This document shows positions 19,906-28,761 of a stretch of 51,821 nucleotides of DNA, one piece after another. Position 1 is the first letter of the stretch. Every line of letters starts with the position of its first letter. The position numbers and the translations under genes are program-made. The DNA is from Collinsella sp. (GTDB lineage Bacteria > Actinomycetota > Coriobacteriia > Coriobacteriales > Coriobacteriaceae): contig DBGAPG010000106.1 in assembly GCA_048438765.1 (NCBI GenBank), positions 1 to 51,821 of the forward strand, read 5' to 3'. The notes below the pieces were generated by a model. The model worked only from the letters and a program-made list of their open reading frames with translations, ran no database searches and was not told where the DNA came from.

Positions 19906-20931
19906 TTAAGCAACGAACTTCTCGAAGTACTTGATGGTGCGGACCATCTGAGAGGTGTAGGAGTTCTCGTTGTCGTACCAAGAGGTGACCTGAACGAGGG
20001 TCTGGCCGTTGCCGAGATCAGAGCACATGGTCTGAGTGGCGTCGAAGATGGAGCCGTGGGTCTCGCCGATGATGTCGGTGGAGACGATGTCGTCCTCGTT
20101 GTAACCGAAGGTCTCGGAGATGGTGGCGGCGTAGGCCTTCATAGCGGCGTTGACCTCGTCGACGGTGACCTTCTTGTCAACGACAGCGTAGAGGTTGGTG
20201 ATGGAGCCGGTCGGCGTCGGGACGCGCTGGGCGGCACCGATGAGCTTACCGTTGAGCTCGGGGAGAACCAGGCCGATAGCCTTGGCAGCACCGGTGGTGT
20301 TGGGGACGATGTTAACGGCGCAGGCACGGCTACGACGCTTGTTGCCCTTGCGCTGCGGGCCGTCGAGCGGCATCTGGTCGCCGGTCCAGGCGTGAATGGT
20401 GGTCATGATGCCGGACACGATGGGAGCGAAGTCGTTCAGACCCTTGGCCATCGGGGCGAGGCAGTTGGTGGTGCAGGAAGCAGCGGAGATGATGTTGTCC
20501 TCAGCGGTCAGCGTCTCATGGTTGACGTTGTACACGATGGTGGGCAGATCGCTGCCGGCCGGAGCGGAGATGACGACCTTTTTGGCGCCAGCGTTGATGT
20601 GGGCCTGAGCCTTAGCCTTGCTGGTGTAGAAGCCGGTGCACTCGAGAACGACGTCGACGTCGAGGTCGCCCCAAGGCAGGTTGTTGGCGTCGGCCTCCTT
20701 GTAGATCTTGATCTCCTTGCCGTCAACGGTGATGGAATCCTCGCCAGCAACGACCTCGTGATCGCGAGCGTAGTTGCCCTGCGTGGAGTCGTACTTCAGC
20801 AGGTAAGCGAGCATATCGGGAGAGGTGAGGTCGTTGATAGCGACGATCTCGGAGCCCTCATGACCGAACATCTGACGGAAAGCCAGACGACCGATGCGAC
20901 CGAAGCCGTTAATAGCAACCTTTACTGCCAT
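19906..20931 (-). CDS. gap: Type I glyceraldehyde-3-phosphate dehydrogenase
   Basis: [35 protein letters not shown]. Confidence 0.98.
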   Translation of the reverse strand: MAVKVAINGFGRIGRLAFRQMFGHEGSEIVAINDLTSPDMLAYLLKYDSTQGNYARDHEVVAGEDSITVDGKEIKIYKEADANNLPWGDLDVDVVLECTGFYTSKAKAQAHINAGAKKVVISAPAGSDLPTIVYNVNHETLTAEDNIISAASCTTNCLAPMAKGLNDFAPIVSGIMTTIHAWTGDQMPLDGPQRKGNKRRSRACAVNIVPNTTGAAKAIGLVLPELNGKLIGAAQRVPTPTGSITNLYAVVDKKVTVDEVNAAMKAYAATISETFGYNEDDIVSTDIIGETHGSIFDATQTMCSDLGNGQTLVQVTSWYDNENSYTSQMVRTIKYFEKFVA

Positions 20932-21065
20932 TGTGTCTCCTTTCGTAAGGCCCCCGCGAGCTACAGCGCCCGCCGTTGAGGCCCACAAACTAACCACTCG
21001 CCTAATATACCTTTTTTTTGACTTGAATTTCACGAGAATGCTCGAAATTGAAAATCAAATTTACG

Positions 21066-21079
21066 TTAAAACGTTTTAA
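21066..21079. promoter_or_regulatory. Perfect 14-bp palindrome upstream of gap, candidate LacI-family operator
   Basis: TTAAAACGTTTTAA with central CG. Confidence 0.5.
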
Positions 21080-21124
21080 AGAATAAAATAGCAGCTAAAT
21101 CCGTATATAAGTCGATACTTCAAA

Positions 21125-22054
21125 CTACCTGTTTGCTTCAATGAGCTTTTCAAGCCTCAAAACGCGATGGTACAGGGCAGACTTCGACAAGGGAGGGTCA
21201 GCCATCTCGCCCAGATCGCGCAGCGACAGATCGGGATAGCGCTCGCGCAGGTCGCAAAAGACTGCCAAGGCGTCCGGAAGCGTGTCGCGCAAACCCCGCT
21301 GTTCGAGCTCATCGATCAACGCAAGCTGATGCTGGGCGGCACCCGCACTTCTGGTCTGATTGGCCAGTTCGGCATTCACGCGACGGTTTACGTCGTTCTT
21401 AACCAATTTGACCGCGCGCGCTTCCTCGATCTCGGCAACGCTGCGCTTGGCGCCGACCAGCTTTAGGAGCTGCTCGATCTCCTCGGCGCTCTTAATGTAG
21501 ACAGCAAAGGATCCGCGCCGCGCGTTAACGCGCGCATGGACCCCAATCTGTTCCAATAGATCGCAAAGCCCCCGGGCATACTGCTCGCCCTGCACCGCGA
21601 TCTCCAAATGAAAGTCGCCGCGGGGATCGGCCACGAAACCGCCGGCGATGAGCGCTCCGCGGATGTAGGCAAGCCTGCAGCAGGGACGGGCAACGATGTG
21701 CCGGGGAACACCAGCGACGAGCCCTCCCCTGCGGTCGAGAATGCCCAGCAGCACCAGAGCCTTGTCCAGGTCGGGTTGATCGGGCAGGGTAATGAGATAG
21801 TTACGGACCTTATGCAAGACCGATTTACGAACGGTGAATTCCGTTTTGAGCTTAAGGATGCGATGCGTCAGTGTGATCATCGTACGCGCGACGGCACCCG
21901 TCTCGGTCGCGACCGTCAAACGATACCGCCCGGAGCCGGCCAGCGAAAGCGTACCGCTCACACGTGTCAGGGCGGCAAGCGTCGACAAATCGCAGTATTC
22001 ACATTCGGGTTCGCAGCGCGCGAGCTCGTCACGCACCTCGGCGGTAAACGACAT
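21125..22054 (-). CDS. whiA: DNA-binding protein WhiA
   Basis: MSFTAEVRDEL, DPRGDFHLE, NRRVNAELAN, SLRDLG...PPLSKSALYHR. Confidence 0.95.
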   Translation of the reverse strand: MSFTAEVRDELARCEPECEYCDLSTLAALTRVSGTLSLAGSGRYRLTVATETGAVARTMITLTHRILKLKTEFTVRKSVLHKVRNYLITLPDQPDLDKALVLLGILDRRGGLVAGVPRHIVARPCCRLAYIRGALIAGGFVADPRGDFHLEIAVQGEQYARGLCDLLEQIGVHARVNARRGSFAVYIKSAEEIEQLLKLVGAKRSVAEIEEARAVKLVKNDVNRRVNAELANQTRSAGAAQHQLALIDELEQRGLRDTLPDALAVFCDLRERYPDLSLRDLGEMADPPLSKSALYHRVLRLEKLIEANR

Positions 22055-22060
22055 GCAGGC

Positions 22061-22981
22061 CTATGCTTTCGTGTTGGCGCGCGACAGGTCGCGATGGGAA
22101 ATGCTCACGTGATATTGGGCGCCTTCCAAATAACGTGCCGTGGCCTCGGCGATGGCAACGCTGCGGTGTTGACCGCCCGTGCAACCGATGGCAATAGAAA
22201 GCTGCGGCTTGCCCTCCGCGATATAGCCGGGCATGACCGTATCGAGCAGCTGCGTCCAGGCCTTCCAGAACTCCTGGGTCTTGGGATGATCCAGAACAAA
22301 GTCGGAGACCTTCTTATCGAGACCGGTCATGGTGCGCATCTCGGGATCGTAGAACGGATTGGGCAGGAAGCGAACGTCGATCATAATGTCCGCCTCGACG
22401 GGCATACCGTGCTTAAAGCCAAACGAGAACACGTGAACGTCCATGAGCTGCTGGTCGGACAACTCGGAGAACGCCATGCGCAATTTGTTGCGTAGAGCAG
22501 AGGTGCGCAGGCGGCTCGTATCGATAATCATGTCAGCTCGGTCGCGAACGCCCTGCAGCTGCAGGCGCTCGCGCTGAATCGCATCGGCCGTAGTCTCCCC
22601 CGGCTTGGCAATGGGATGGCGGCGGCGGTTTTCGCTATAACGACGGATCAGCACCTCGTCAGAGGCCTCGAGAAACACGATGTCACAGCTCATCTCGCGC
22701 TCCTCGAGCGCGGCAACGGCATCGAGCAGCTCATCGAACAAGCCCTGGCTGCGCAGGTCGCAGGTGACGGCAAGATGCCTGCCCACGCCCGTATTGATGC
22801 CGACGAGTTCGGCAAGCTGGGCGATCAGACGCGGAGGCAAGTTGTCGATGCAAAAGTAGCCCATGTCCTCGAACACATGCATGGCCTGCGTTCGGCCCGA
22901 TCCGGACATTCCGGTGATGATGACGATATCGGGGATGCGCTCCGAGCGCTCCGCCGCATCCATGGCATCTCCCTTTTGCAT
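22061..22981 (-). CDS. rapZ: RNase adapter RapZ / YvcJ nucleotide-binding protein
   Basis: ITGMSGSGRT, DNLPP, SFGFKHG, DVRFLPNPFY, GCTGGQHRSV. Alternative start at 22963. Confidence 0.95.
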   Translation of the reverse strand: MQKGDAMDAAERSERIPDIVIITGMSGSGRTQAMHVFEDMGYFCIDNLPPRLIAQLAELVGINTGVGRHLAVTCDLRSQGLFDELLDAVAALEEREMSCDIVFLEASDEVLIRRYSENRRRHPIAKPGETTADAIQRERLQLQGVRDRADMIIDTSRLRTSALRNKLRMAFSELSDQQLMDVHVFSFGFKHGMPVEADIMIDVRFLPNPFYDPEMRTMTGLDKKVSDFVLDHPKTQEFWKAWTQLLDTVMPGYIAEGKPQLSIAIGCTGGQHRSVAIAEATARYLEGAQYHVSISHRDLSRANTKA

Positions 22982-22992
22982 GTGTGCCTCCT

Positions 22993-23028
22993 AAAACAAG
23001 CGCGGGACCCGGCCAGCGGATCCCGCGC
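22993..23028 (-). terminator. Hairpin with T tract between nanE and rapZ
   Basis: GCGCGGGA / TCCCGCGC stem followed on the minus strand by TTGTTTT. Confidence 0.55.
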
Positions 23029-23079
23029 GATCAATTGCCTTTATTGAGTATACCGCCCCAAGCGGATACGAGGCCTGTC

Positions 23080-23766
23080 TTACGCCTCAAGCGCAGCCTT
23101 GAACCAACTCGTAATACTCGTGGGGTGCGTAATGGCAGTGCCTACGACAACGGCCCAGGCGCCCGCATCAATCGCGGCGCGGGCCTCCTCGGGCGTGTGC
23201 ACGCGGCCCTCGCAGATGATGGGAAGACCGGGGAATTCCTCGGTCGCCTGACGCAGGAGCGGCAGATCAGGGCCATCGGCCATGGTGCAGTCGATGGCGG
23301 CGACACCGTGAGAAAGCGTAGTGGATACCAGGTCAAAGCCCATATCAACCGCACGGCGAATGTCCTCGATGGTGGCACAATCCGCCATCAGGAGCACGCC
23401 CTCCTCGTGCAGCGGACGGAAGGTGTCCTCGACGGTCTTGCCATCGGGACGTGGGCGATCAGTGGCATCAATTGCCACGATGTCGGCACCGGCAGCAACG
23501 CAGGCACGAGCGTGACGCAGCGTCGGCGTGATGTAAACGCCCTCGTGTCCATCCTTCCACAGGCCGATAACAGGTACCTCACAGCGACCCTTAATGGCGG
23601 CAATGTCGGCAAGACCCTGGCAGCGAATGGCGGCGGCGCCGCCGAGTTCGCAAGCGCGAGACATTTGAGCCATGGTCTCGGGCGTACGAAGCGGCTCGCC
23701 CATATACGCCTGAACGCTCACGACGAGCTTACCCTTCAGGGATTGAATCAAAGGATCAACGGTCAT
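23080..23766 (-). CDS. nanE: N-acetylmannosamine-6-phosphate 2-epimerase
   Basis: LVVSVQA..GEPL, VPVIGLWK, VYITPT, EGRVHTP, VVGTAITHP. Confidence 0.95.
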   Translation of the reverse strand: MTVDPLIQSLKGKLVVSVQAYMGEPLRTPETMAQMSRACELGGAAAIRCQGLADIAAIKGRCEVPVIGLWKDGHEGVYITPTLRHARACVAAGADIVAIDATDRPRPDGKTVEDTFRPLHEEGVLLMADCATIEDIRRAVDMGFDLVSTTLSHGVAAIDCTMADGPDLPLLRQATEEFPGLPIICEGRVHTPEEARAAIDAGAWAVVVGTAITHPTSITSWFKAALEA

Positions 23767-23791
23767 GTGCGACTCAACCTTTCTAAAAACA

Positions 23792-23889
23792 GCCTTCTGA
23801 GACACCGCACCTTGACGTTCAAACCGTCGCTCACGTACCGAAGTACGCTTCGCTCCTCTTTCACGTCAATCTGCGGCACCTCAGAAGGC
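23792..23889. repeat. 98-bp long imperfect hairpin, MITE/REP-like
   Basis: Nested inverted repeats GCCTTCTGAG/CTCAGAAGGC, CCGCA/TGCGG, TTGACGT/ACGTCAA and CGTAC-CGAA-GTACG. Confidence 0.6.
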
Positions 23890-23906
23890 GCACTTGGTAG
23901 TTATGT

Positions 23907-24872
23907 TTACTTCAACGATGCAAGAAGGTGTTCGGCGGCACCGATGAGCGGAGCATCACCCTCCAGAGAACCGATAAGGATCGGCGTGTCCTGAAGCGGA
24001 TCGAGCGCCTGGCTGGCATAGCCCTCGTGCACCGAATCCTTCCACGTCTGCGAACGCCAATCGGGACCTTGGTGAATCACGCCGCCCGAAAGCACGATGA
24101 CCTCAGGGTCCAGAATGTTAGCGAGCGAGCCCAAGCTGGCACCCAGCGCAAAGCCGGCGTCATGGATGACCTCGGTCGCCTTTGCGTCGCCCGCACGGCA
24201 CAGGTCGTTCACGTCGCGACCGACCGAAGGACGGCTGGGGTCGACGCGACCGAAGCGCTCATCGTACATACGACCAATGGAAGTGCCCGAAGCAACCGAC
24301 TCAAGATGGCCGGAACGCCCGCAGGCGCAGGGAATGCCAGCGGCAGCCGAGCACTCGATGTGGCCCATATGGCCGGCAGCACCATGGAAGCCCTGCATCA
24401 CGCGGCCGTTCTCGACATATGCGCCGCCGATGCCCGTACCGATGCCCAGACACAAGACGGAGAACTTGCCCTTGCCGACGCCCCAGTGGGCCTCGCCCAG
24501 AGCATGAGCCTGCACGTCGCCCACAACGGCAACGGGAAGACCAAGGTCCTCGCGCAGGCGCGGCCCCAACTGAACGCCGGACCAGCCGGGCATGATCTCG
24601 TTGGCATACGCGATAGCGCCCGTCTTGGGATCGACGACGCCTGCGGCACCGATACCGACACCGAGGACCTCGACATCGGGATTCGCCTCAAGAGCGGCCT
24701 TGATGGACGCCTCGATCCGCTGGAAGACGGCCTCGCCGCCCTCCTGGGCCTCGGTAGGAACCTCGGCCTCAAATACGGGATGGGGCACGCTGCCGTCAGC
24801 CGGGTACTCCATAATGGCGGTCGCGATCTTAGTTCCGCCGATATCGACAGAGCAGACGTACTTGTTCTCCAT
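23907..24872 (-). CDS. nanK: ROK family sugar kinase, probable N-acetylmannosamine kinase
   Basis: VDIGGTKI, GIGTGIGG, GHMGH, CACGRSGHLESVASG; lies between nanA and nanE. Confidence 0.85.
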   Translation of the reverse strand: MENKYVCSVDIGGTKIATAIMEYPADGSVPHPVFEAEVPTEAQEGGEAVFQRIEASIKAALEANPDVEVLGVGIGAAGVVDPKTGAIAYANEIMPGWSGVQLGPRLREDLGLPVAVVGDVQAHALGEAHWGVGKGKFSVLCLGIGTGIGGAYVENGRVMQGFHGAAGHMGHIECSAAAGIPCACGRSGHLESVASGTSIGRMYDERFGRVDPSRPSVGRDVNDLCRAGDAKATEVIHDAGFALGASLGSLANILDPEVIVLSGGVIHQGPDWRSQTWKDSVHEGYASQALDPLQDTPILIGSLEGDAPLIGAAEHLLASLK

Positions 24873-24936
24873 GTCGTTCTCCTTAGGAGATAAAAACAAC
24901 TACAGGAAATGCGGTCGGAATTAACCCCGCCGCACG

Positions 24937-25046
24937 GTAAAGGTTTCCCAGGTGCCCGAGGTTGGGGTGAAAGTGGTCGGGCGTTGACCTAATGGGTCAC
25001 GCCCGACCACTTGAGCCCCAAGATCGGGTGACTGGGGAAGCTTTAC
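24937..25046. repeat. 110-bp stem-loop directly after the nanA stop
   Basis: Nested pairs GTAAAG/CTTTAC, CCCAG/CTGGG, CCCGA/TCGGG, TTGGGG/CCCCAA, AAGTGGTCGGGCGT/ACGCCCGACCACTT. Confidence 0.7.
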
Positions 25047-25963
25047 AGGAGACCGTTGTCCTGGAGGACCTTCTTAATCGCCTCGACGTTCTCGCCGGTC
25101 ATGGCCTTCACCGGGCGCGGCATGGTCGGGCTGTCGAAGATGCCCATGAGGTTCATAGCGGTCTTGAAGGCGCCGACGCCACCGGCATAGCCCTGAACGC
25201 CCGAGGTGACATCCCAGATGTGGGAAATCTCGTTGAGGCGATCCTGCTCGGCCTTGACGGTAGCCCAGTCGCCGGCCTGAGCGGCCTTCCACTGACGCAC
25301 GTAGCCCTCGGGCTCAACGTTGGCGAGACCCGGGACGGAACCGTCGGCGCCGCCGAGGTAAGCACCGTCGACGACGACCTCATGACCGGTGAGGATGCTC
25401 ATCGGATGACCGTTCTTCTCGTTCTCCTGAACGAGGTAGCGGAACGAGATGTCATCACCCGAGGAATCCTTGACGCCGGCCAGGACGCCCTCGGCGCCGA
25501 GCTTGGCAAGGAGCTTCCAGGGGAGCTTGGTGTGGACGCAGACGGGAATGTCATAGGCGAAGATGGGCAGGTCGAGCTCCTCGTGCAGGATGCGGAAGTG
25601 CTCCTCGACCTCGGTCATGCCCTGCAGGGCATAGAACGGGCAGGTGGCGACAAGCGCATCGGCACCCAGCTCCTGAGCGACCTTGCCGTGCTCGATCATG
25701 CGCTCGGTCTCGGTGTCGATGATGCCGACCAGAACAGGCACGCGGTGGTCGACGATGCGCACGGCCTCGGCGACAATCTGGCGACGGCGCTCGTCGGTGG
25801 AGAAGACGACCTCGCCCGAGGATCCCAGGAAGAACAGGCCATCGACGCCGGCATCTATCATGCGGTTGATGCTGCGCTCAAAGGAGGCAACATCGAGCTG
25901 GTGGTCTTCGGTATCGGGAACAACGACGGGAGGGATAACGCCGGTGAATTTCTGAGTTGCCAC
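25043..25963 (-). CDS. nanA: N-acetylneuraminate lyase (DapA/NanA family, actinobacterial type)
   Basis: GVIPPVV, GSSGE, AYDIP, GVKDSS; GTG start after AAGGAG. Resembles bifidobacterial NanA and sits in a nan context. Confidence 0.85.
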   Translation of the reverse strand: MATQKFTGVIPPVVVPDTEDHQLDVASFERSINRMIDAGVDGLFFLGSSGEVVFSTDERRRQIVAEAVRIVDHRVPVLVGIIDTETERMIEHGKVAQELGADALVATCPFYALQGMTEVEEHFRILHEELDLPIFAYDIPVCVHTKLPWKLLAKLGAEGVLAGVKDSSGDDISFRYLVQENEKNGHPMSILTGHEVVVDGAYLGGADGSVPGLANVEPEGYVRQWKAAQAGDWATVKAEQDRLNEISHIWDVTSGVQGYAGGVGAFKTAMNLMGIFDSPTMPRPVKAMTGENVEAIKKVLQDNGLL

Positions 25964-26031
25964 AAGAATCTCCTTAGTTGTCTGGCGAGCGGCCCTATGC
26001 CGCCCACTCTTGTTGGCAGTGTCCAGGCCGT

Positions 26032-26883
26032 CTAGGCCAAAGAACACGGGTAGAACGTTTGGTTCAAGAAGTCGACGACTTCGTTTTCGAACGCATTGAT
26101 GCGCTCGTGAGCGTATTTGGCATAGATGATATGCCTCCGGTCACACTCAAGACCGTTGAATACGGCGAACTGGCCCTTGGGATCGCTCACGGCATCCATG
26201 AGCGATGTGCCCATGAGCACCGATCCGCGCACCCGAGACGACAGAGCCTCAAGGCCACCGGGGATTGGATTGGCAACCGCCGTGCACGCAAGGCCCCGCT
26301 CGTCCAGAGCAGAAACCGCCAGCGCGACTCCGCCGCCAAGGCCCTCGCCCCATGCAAAGATGCGGTCGGGGTCCATGCCATCAAGATTGCGCCCGACCTT
26401 CGCCATCGCGCAACCCCAACGGACGCGCTCGACAAAAGCGGGCGAAGCAATCCCCTGCTGCAGGTCGTCCGCACCAGCAACATCGTCATCCAGCGCGAGG
26501 ACGGCATACCCCATGGCGGCAAATCTCGTCATGTGATGCCAGCCGCGCACAGGCCGATCGATGTCATGGAACATCAGGCACAGCGGCACGCGCTCAGATA
26601 CTCGGGCACGACCAACAGGCTCAATCAAACGAGCGTGGACCGCATGGTCACCGAGCTCAAAGGAAACCTCCGAGTAACGGGCGCAGGGGTTAACAAAGTC
26701 AATTGCCGTAATGGCCAGGCCTTGAATCTCAAGATTCGAAGCGCATGTCTCTAAATCAGAAACATCTGCTTGGACATCACCGTGCCAGTCCTGATATTCT
26801 GCGAGCCTTGACGAAACCGTTCCAGGAATTCCCACGAGCCCGGGGACTATCAGCTCGTCAACATTGCTCTCGCACTTAGACAT
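26032..26883 (-). CDS. CE7/acetylxylan-esterase-like protein lacking the catalytic serine (putative pseudo-esterase)
   Basis: Paralogous to the upstream gene: GEGLGG in place of GxSQGG, but keeps D..S.P..QFA and HE. Confidence 0.75.
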   Translation of the reverse strand: MSKCESNVDELIVPGLVGIPGTVSSRLAEYQDWHGDVQADVSDLETCASNLEIQGLAITAIDFVNPCARYSEVSFELGDHAVHARLIEPVGRARVSERVPLCLMFHDIDRPVRGWHHMTRFAAMGYAVLALDDDVAGADDLQQGIASPAFVERVRWGCAMAKVGRNLDGMDPDRIFAWGEGLGGGVALAVSALDERGLACTAVANPIPGGLEALSSRVRGSVLMGTSLMDAVSDPKGQFAVFNGLECDRRHIIYAKYAHERINAFENEVVDFLNQTFYPCSLA

Positions 26884-27853
26884 GAGCCTCCCCTCCCTCA
26901 CAGAAAAACGGAATGATCAAATCATCAAAGTCCTGAATCTCCTCGTGGCCAAAGCCCTCAAAGAACTCATGACGCTTGTCGCAGGACAGGTTGTTGTACA
27001 CCGCAAACTGCGTTGCCGGCGGACAGACGATATCGGCTGTGCCCGTGCCAAACAGCACGGGGCATTTGACCATGGGGGCAAAGTTCTTGGAATCGAAGTA
27101 CGCCAGCTTGGCATAGGCCTCCTCGATACGGGTCGAGTCCTCGTCAAACCAGCGCGACCAATAGCGCAGGCCCTCGTAGGCAATATCGTCGGCGTCCAGA
27201 TCCCAAACCAGGCGGAAATCCGACAGGAAGGGATAGAGGATGGCGGCGCGATTGATAAGCTCGCTGTTAAGCGCGCAGGTCGCAATACCCAAACCGCCGC
27301 CCTGCGATGCGCCGTTCACATACACGCGGGTAAGATCGATGCCCTCGAGCTCGCGAACGATACGACACAGAATGCGGATATCCTGATGTAGGCGGACATA
27401 GTAGAGGTTGGCCGGGTCGCCGTCGATACCGGCGACGATATGGCCCGCGACCGTCGTGCCCTCAAATCCACCAATATCCTCGGAGGGACCACCCTGGCCG
27501 GGACAGTCGAGGGCGATGAGCGCCATGCCCATGCCCGCAAACGACGCCTGCTCAAACCAGCTGCGGCTTGCACCCGGATACCCATGGAACTGAAGTACCA
27601 ATGGCACAGGCTCGTCCGAGACGGGTTTAAGGTACTTGGCATGCAGGCGTGCACCACACATGCCGGTATACCAGAGGTCGAAAAACCGACAGGTCGCGGA
27701 ATCCGCAACCGAAGCCGCCTCAATCTCGTAGTCGAGCTCGACAGCGTCGGCCTCGGCCATGCGGTCCTTCCAAAAGAGATCGAAATCCGATGGACGGGGC
27801 ATAGCGCCTCGATATTCACCAAATTGCTGTTGTAGCTCCTGAGCACTTGGCAT
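26876..27853 (-). CDS. CE7 acetylxylan esterase/cephalosporin-C deacetylase family; probable sialate O-acetylesterase
   Basis: RPSDFDLFW, FHGY, DCPGQGG, GASQGG, DIVCPPATQFA and GHE triad motifs. Confidence 0.88.
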   Translation of the reverse strand: MPSAQELQQQFGEYRGAMPRPSDFDLFWKDRMAEADAVELDYEIEAASVADSATCRFFDLWYTGMCGARLHAKYLKPVSDEPVPLVLQFHGYPGASRSWFEQASFAGMGMALIALDCPGQGGPSEDIGGFEGTTVAGHIVAGIDGDPANLYYVRLHQDIRILCRIVRELEGIDLTRVYVNGASQGGGLGIATCALNSELINRAAILYPFLSDFRLVWDLDADDIAYEGLRYWSRWFDEDSTRIEEAYAKLAYFDSKNFAPMVKCPVLFGTGTADIVCPPATQFAVYNNLSCDKRHEFFEGFGHEEIQDFDDLIIPFFCEGGEAHV

Positions 27854-27889
27854 GGCTCGTGAACCCAGCCTTTCGAAATCGCAACGGAG

Positions 27890-27917
27890 GTGCGCCCGGC
27901 AAGGGAACCGGGCGCAC
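27890..27917. terminator. Intergenic hairpin between the ABC ATPase and the esterase
   Basis: GTGCGCCCGG / CCGGGCGCAC 10-bp stem. Confidence 0.5.
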
Positions 27918-27933
27918 GGGAGGGAAAGCGAGG

Positions 27934-28761
27934 CTACTCGCCGAGCTTGGGATGCAGCAGCGACGGCGCAGCGCCGAGCAGCATCTTGGTGTAGGGGTCC
28001 TGAGGGTGCTGGAAGACCTGCTTGGCCTCGCCCTGCTCGACAATCTTGCCGCCATTCATAACGATGATGTCGTCAGAGATATAGCGGACCGTCTGGATAT
28101 CATGGCTGATGAACACCATGGCCAGGCCGAGCTCCTTCTTAAGGTCGGTCAGCAGGTTCAGAATCTGTGCGCGGACCGAAACGTCCAGAGCCGAGGTGGG
28201 CTCGTCGGCGATGATGGCATCGGGGTTCAGCGACAGGGCACGGGCAATTGCGACGCGCTGGCGCTGGCCGCCCGAAAGCTGGCCGGGAAGAACCTCGGCG
28301 GCGGAGCTGGGCAGACCGGTGAGCTCCAAGAGCTCCTTGACGCGCTTCTCCTGCTCGGCCTCGGTACCCAGGTTGTGGACGCGCATGGGGTCGAGCAGTT
28401 GCTCGCGAACGACCATGCGGGGGTTGAGCGCCGTGGCCGGGTTCTGGAACACGACCGAGATGACGCGGCCCATGTGGCGACGGTCCTCGGCGGTACGCTT
28501 GGTAACGTCCTTGCCCTTAAAGTAGACTTTGCCGCTCGTGGGGGCCTGCAGGCCGCACATGACGTTGGCGGTGGTGGACTTTCCGCAACCGGACTCGCCG
28601 ACGATGCCGATGGTCTGTCCGGGCATGAGCTTAATCGTTACACCCTGGACGGCGTGAACCAGGTTGGGGTGCAGAATCGAGCCGGTACGGGTCCTAAAGG
28701 TGACGTGGACGTCATCAAGGAAGATGATCGGCTCGACGCCGTTGACTGCGGTCTCGCTCAT
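27934..28761 (-). CDS. Sialic-acid ABC transporter ATP-binding subunit (NanF-like, Opp family)
   Basis: GESGCGKST, LSGGQRQR, DEPTSALD; nan context. Confidence 0.85.
   Translation of the reverse strand: MSETAVNGVEPIIFLDDVHVTFRTRTGSILHPNLVHAVQGVTIKLMPGQTIGIVGESGCGKSTTANVMCGLQAPTSGKVYFKGKDVTKRTAEDRRHMGRVISVVFQNPATALNPRMVVREQLLDPMRVHNLGTEAEQEKRVKELLELTGLPSSAAEVLPGQLSGGQRQRVAIARALSLNPDAIIADEPTSALDVSVRAQILNLLTDLKKELGLAMVFISHDIQTVRYISDDIIVMNGGKIVEQGEAKQVFQHPQDPYTKMLLGAAPSLLHPKLGE

Noticed and set aside
13896..20979. Long plus-strand ORFs (555, 577, 298, 441 and 403 aa)
   Set aside because: In-register antisense shadows of highly biased oppA and glycolytic genes.
25043..25963. dapA (lysine biosynthesis) assignment
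   Set aside because: The context with nanK/nanE and the GSSGE/YDIP motifs fit the actinobacterial NanA type better.
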